Both the position numbers and the translations under genes were made by a program. Source: an uncultured Acidobacteriota bacterium (GTDB lineage Bacteria; Acidobacteriota; Vicinamibacteria; Vicinamibacterales; UBA823). From it: a stretch of 64,000 nucleotides of DNA. The notes under the pieces were generated by a model. It did no database searches, was not told the DNA's origin, and saw only the letters and a list, made by a program, of their open reading frames with translations. Within the stretch, counting starts at the first letter, position 1; every line of letters begins with the position of its first letter. Location: assembly GCA_913052135.1 (NCBI GenBank), contig CAJXDY010000004.1, forward strand, positions 18,879 through 82,878, in the 5' to 3' direction. Shown piece by piece: positions 61,626 through 64,000 of this stretch.

Positions 61626-62615
61626 TCAAATCATTTCCCCACTTCCAGCCATCAAGTACAGCACGGCCATTCGAACAGCTACTCCATTGGAAACTTGCTC
61701 CAATATTACCGAACGGGTTCCATCGGCAACTTCCGAGGCAATTTCAACACCACGATTAATAGGCCCAGGGTGCATGATGATGACGTTTGACTTCGCTCTC
61801 TTCACACGCACCGAAGTCAAGCCAAATACGTTGAAATATTCCCGTAATGACGACACAAAATGCCCTCGCATCCGCTCCTTTTGGATTCGCAGCATCATAA
61901 TGACATCGGCATCCGTGACTGCATCCTCGATCGATGTGGTGCTACGGACGCCGAAGTCAGACACTGAAGGAGGTATCAGCGTCGGAGGACCACACAAACA
62001 CACCTCAGCACCTAGTAACTTCAGCAACAAAAGATTGGATCGCGCAACTCGGCTGTGCAACAGATCTCCAATAATCGCCACCTTGAGTCCCTTAATACGG
62101 CCATGATGGGACAGAATCGTGAATGCATCCAGCAAAGCCTGGGTTGGGTGTTCGTGCATGCCGTCCCCAGCATTTACGATACGTGCCCGACAAACACGCG
62201 CTAGTTGATGACATGCGCCAGATGAGGGATGACGAAGAACAATCATGTCAGGAGCCATTGCTTCAAGGTTGCGCGCGGTATCGATTAGAGTTTCACCTTT
62301 CGTAACACTAGAACCAACTGTCGAAATGTTCAGTGTGTCCGCACTCAGTCGTTTCTCAGCGATCTCGAATGAGGTTCGTGTGCGTGTGCTCGGCTCAAAG
62401 AACAAGTTAACAATAGTCTTGCCTCTCAATGTCGGAACCTTCTTAATGGCACGAGAGCCGACTTCTTTCATTGCTTCGGCTGTTTCCATGATCAACATAA
62501 TTTCATCAACCGAAAGATCGTTTATGCTCAACAAATGACGTGCCTGTATTGTCTTAACCGGCATCGCAGAATCGTTCGACTCCACAACCTGATGAGAACT
62601 AGTTGAGTAGTTCAT
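61626..62615 (-). CDS. pyrB: Aspartate carbamoyltransferase catalytic subunit
   Basis: [17 protein letters not shown] and [10 protein letters not shown]. The start is uncertain: TTG at 62633 in the track, ATG at 62615, or ATG at 62564. Confidence 0.92.
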   Translation of the reverse strand: MNYSTSSHQVVESNDSAMPVKTIQARHLLSINDLSVDEIMLIMETAEAMKEVGSRAIKKVPTLRGKTIVNLFFEPSTRTRTSFEIAEKRLSADTLNISTVGSSVTKGETLIDTARNLEAMAPDMIVLRHPSSGACHQLARVCRARIVNAGDGMHEHPTQALLDAFTILSHHGRIKGLKVAIIGDLLHSRVARSNLLLLKLLGAEVCLCGPPTLIPPSVSDFGVRSTTSIEDAVTDADVIMMLRIQKERMRGHFVSSLREYFNVFGLTSVRVKRAKSNVIIMHPGPINRGVEIASEVADGTRSVILEQVSNGVAVRMAVLYLMAGSGEMI

Positions 62616-62651
62616 GGCAATTCTCTTCAGCAAAATATTGTGTCAATCTGA

Positions 62652-63194
62652 TCAAACTGGGATTCCTTCCTCAAGCACCACTTCGTCCAAGCCGTCGATT
62701 TCGCTCAAATGGACTTGGATACTCTGATTCGTCGACGTAGGAAAATTCTTCCCAACATAATCAGCTTTTATTGGTAATTCCCGATGTCCGCGATCTATCA
62801 AAACGATCAGTTGAATATCTCGCGGACGACCAAAATCGATTAGTGCATCCAACGCTGCACGTGTCGTTCGTCCCGTGTACAACACATCGTCCACGAGAAG
62901 AATACGTTTATCATCAATTGAAAATGGAATTTCTGTGCGGCGTACAAGTGGCTGCGGCCCAACAGACTGGCGCATCAGATCATCTCGGTATAGCGTAATG
63001 TCAAGCGCGCCAGTTGGAACAGGTTCCCCCAGTATATTTTGTAATTCATTGGCAATACGCTGGGCAATCGGCGCACCTCTGGTGCGAATGCCTACGAGCA
63101 CTAATTTATCGCTAATCCGATTCCGTTCAGTTATTTCATGAGCAATACGCGTAAGTGCGCGCGCCATTCGATCTGCATCCATCACAACAGGCAT
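62652..63194 (-). CDS. pyrR: Bifunctional pyrimidine operon regulator / uracil phosphoribosyltransferase PyrR
   Basis: [18 protein letters not shown]. The likely start is [14 protein letters not shown] at 63194, preceded by GAGGTG. The ORF track extends to 63242. Confidence 0.88.
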   Translation of the reverse strand: MPVVMDADRMARALTRIAHEITERNRISDKLVLVGIRTRGAPIAQRIANELQNILGEPVPTGALDITLYRDDLMRQSVGPQPLVRRTEIPFSIDDKRILLVDDVLYTGRTTRAALDALIDFGRPRDIQLIVLIDRGHRELPIKADYVGKNFPTSTNQSIQVHLSEIDGLDEVVLEEGIPV

Positions 63195-63584
63195 CGGCAC
63201 CTCACTGTAGATGGCAGCACACACGAACAGGGGGTCGCGCACACTTCGTCACTCGAAAACAGTATTTCTGGATTTATATTAGCGTGCCGAAAGGTAGGTT
63301 GGTTTAATGCGATATACGTCACTTATATTCTCTTCGCGACCTCACAGTGTCGCACTTAAAGAGTGAATTTAATTCTATCGAGTGCTCAGGAGTAATGTCA
63401 ACTCTCACATAGGACAATGCTTATACACACAACGAATCGGCTAATTACCCTTGATAGATCGCGAAAAGGCACTTCATACAAATGAAAACCAAGAAAACCA
63501 AATCTTTAACTGCCCCTGCCAGGTGGTAACCCACTCTCGTTTGCATCTAGACTCGAAACCGGATCGGCAAGGTATACTGCAATT

Positions 63585-64000
63585 ATGGTGATGGAGCTGG
63601 AAGCTCGAGTGGAATCGAATGTACGCCTATCAGATGACTACAATGTAGTAACCCTAGAAGCGCCAAGCATAGCTGCAAATGCGGATCCTGGCCAATTCGT
63701 TATGGTGAAATTGTCGGATAATCAGGAACCTCTCCTTCGACGCCCGTTTTCGATTTTTGAGATTCGCAGGGACAGTGCTGGCGCACCAACCGGATTTTCA
63801 TTGCTCAATAAACGCATTGGTATCGTTACTCAGCAAATTTTTGATCTCACAGACACTAAGCAGATTTCTATTCTGGGACCACTAGGACGACCCTTTACCG
63901 TGATAAATAAGCCAACGCAAGCTTGGCTTGTAGCAGGCGGGGTTGGCCTAGCTCCATTTGTAATGCTCAGCGAGAAGCTCCGCCAGCAGGGTGTAGTAGT
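63585..64000 (+). CDS. pyrK: Dihydroorotate dehydrogenase electron-transfer subunit PyrK, 3' end beyond the window
   Basis: Not in the ORF track because it runs off the edge. My manual translation from the ATG at 63585 gives MVMELEARVESNVRLSDDYNVVTLEAPSIAANADPGQFVMVKL...LLRRPFSI...VAGGVGLAPF (FAD/NAD ferredoxin-reductase fold). It is divergent from pyrR. Confidence 0.8.
   Translation, partial: MVMELEARVESNVRLSDDYNVVTLEAPSIAANADPGQFVMVKLSDNQEPLLRRPFSIFEIRRDSAGAPTGFSLLNKRIGIVTQQIFDLTDTKQISILGPLGRPFTVINKPTQAWLVAGGVGLAPFVMLSEKLRQQGVV

Noticed and set aside
61459-62106. A 215-aa ORF on the plus strand across pyrB/pyrC. Other long unexplained ORFs are of the same kind: 46942-47490 (182 aa), 52038-52529 (163 aa), 27599-28051 (150 aa), 46113-46562 (149 aa), 37906-38346 (146 aa) and 11213-11644 (143 aa).
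   Set aside because: Every one lies antisense or out of frame inside a confidently identified conserved gene. Their composition is Arg/Ser/Pro-rich and low in complexity, and none carries a recognisable motif. These are typical shadow ORFs.
63262-63275. A PyrR-binding-loop-like sequence, AAUCCAGAAAUAC, in the pyrR leader (minus strand).
   Set aside because: Only the UCCAGA half matches the UCCAGAGAGG core, and I could see no flanking stem or antiterminator/terminator arrangement. Too weak to call a feature.

Overview
This is a densely packed chromosomal core-genome window with 59 protein-coding genes. I saw no rRNA, tRNA, CRISPR array, transposase, integrase or phage-like gene. The host is probably an Acidobacteria-like diderm. 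That inference rests only on a TIGR03436-style VWA protein, a TolC-family protein and LPS-core-type glycosyltransferases.

Gene blocks:
- 1-14052 (minus): dcw cluster mraZ-rsmH-ftsL-ftsI-murE-murF-mraY-murD-ftsW-murG-murC-ftsQ.
- 14290-22762: ychF, an SDR epimerase/dehydratase, murJ, a rhomboid protease, a cupin, a fused alpha/beta 2-oxoacid dehydrogenase E1 and an EamA transporter.
- 22816-34322 (minus): nuoA-C-D-H-J-K-L-M-N followed directly by atpZ-atpI-atpB-atpE.
- 34665-42800 (plus): the VWA protein, then a Bacillus-like hem cluster (ccsA/hemX-like, hemA, hemC, cobA-hemD fusion, hemB, hemL).
- 42938-54769: ispG, a Cof-type HAD, a MATE transporter, an M28 peptidase, rseP-dxr-cdsA-(cupredoxin protein)-uppS, truA and pyrE.
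- 55021-58809 (plus): tolC-like gene, GT2 and GT4.
- 58727-63194 (minus): pyrR-pyrB-pyrC-(PyrE-like PRTase)-(TIGR02757/DUF2400), with a divergent pyrK running off the right edge.

I found no defence island or clearly novel multi-gene system, so this looks like an ordinary housekeeping region. Six points merit a second look:
- A roughly 130-nt structured element closed by a perfect 17-bp inverted repeat lies in the unusually long murD-ftsW spacer.
- The nuo string lacks every Fe-S subunit (B, I, E, F, G) and is joined to an Fo-only atp fragment.
- The ATP synthase c subunit has an N-terminal extension and a partial Na+-site signature.
- A diverged PyrE paralog is translationally coupled to a DUF2400 gene at the end of the pyr operon.
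- A blue-copper-type protein is inserted into the uppS-cdsA-dxr-rseP cluster.
- TGG repeats resembling MraZ boxes, spaced 10 bp apart, sit upstream of mraZ.

All functional calls come from reading motifs in the supplied translations. No database search was run.
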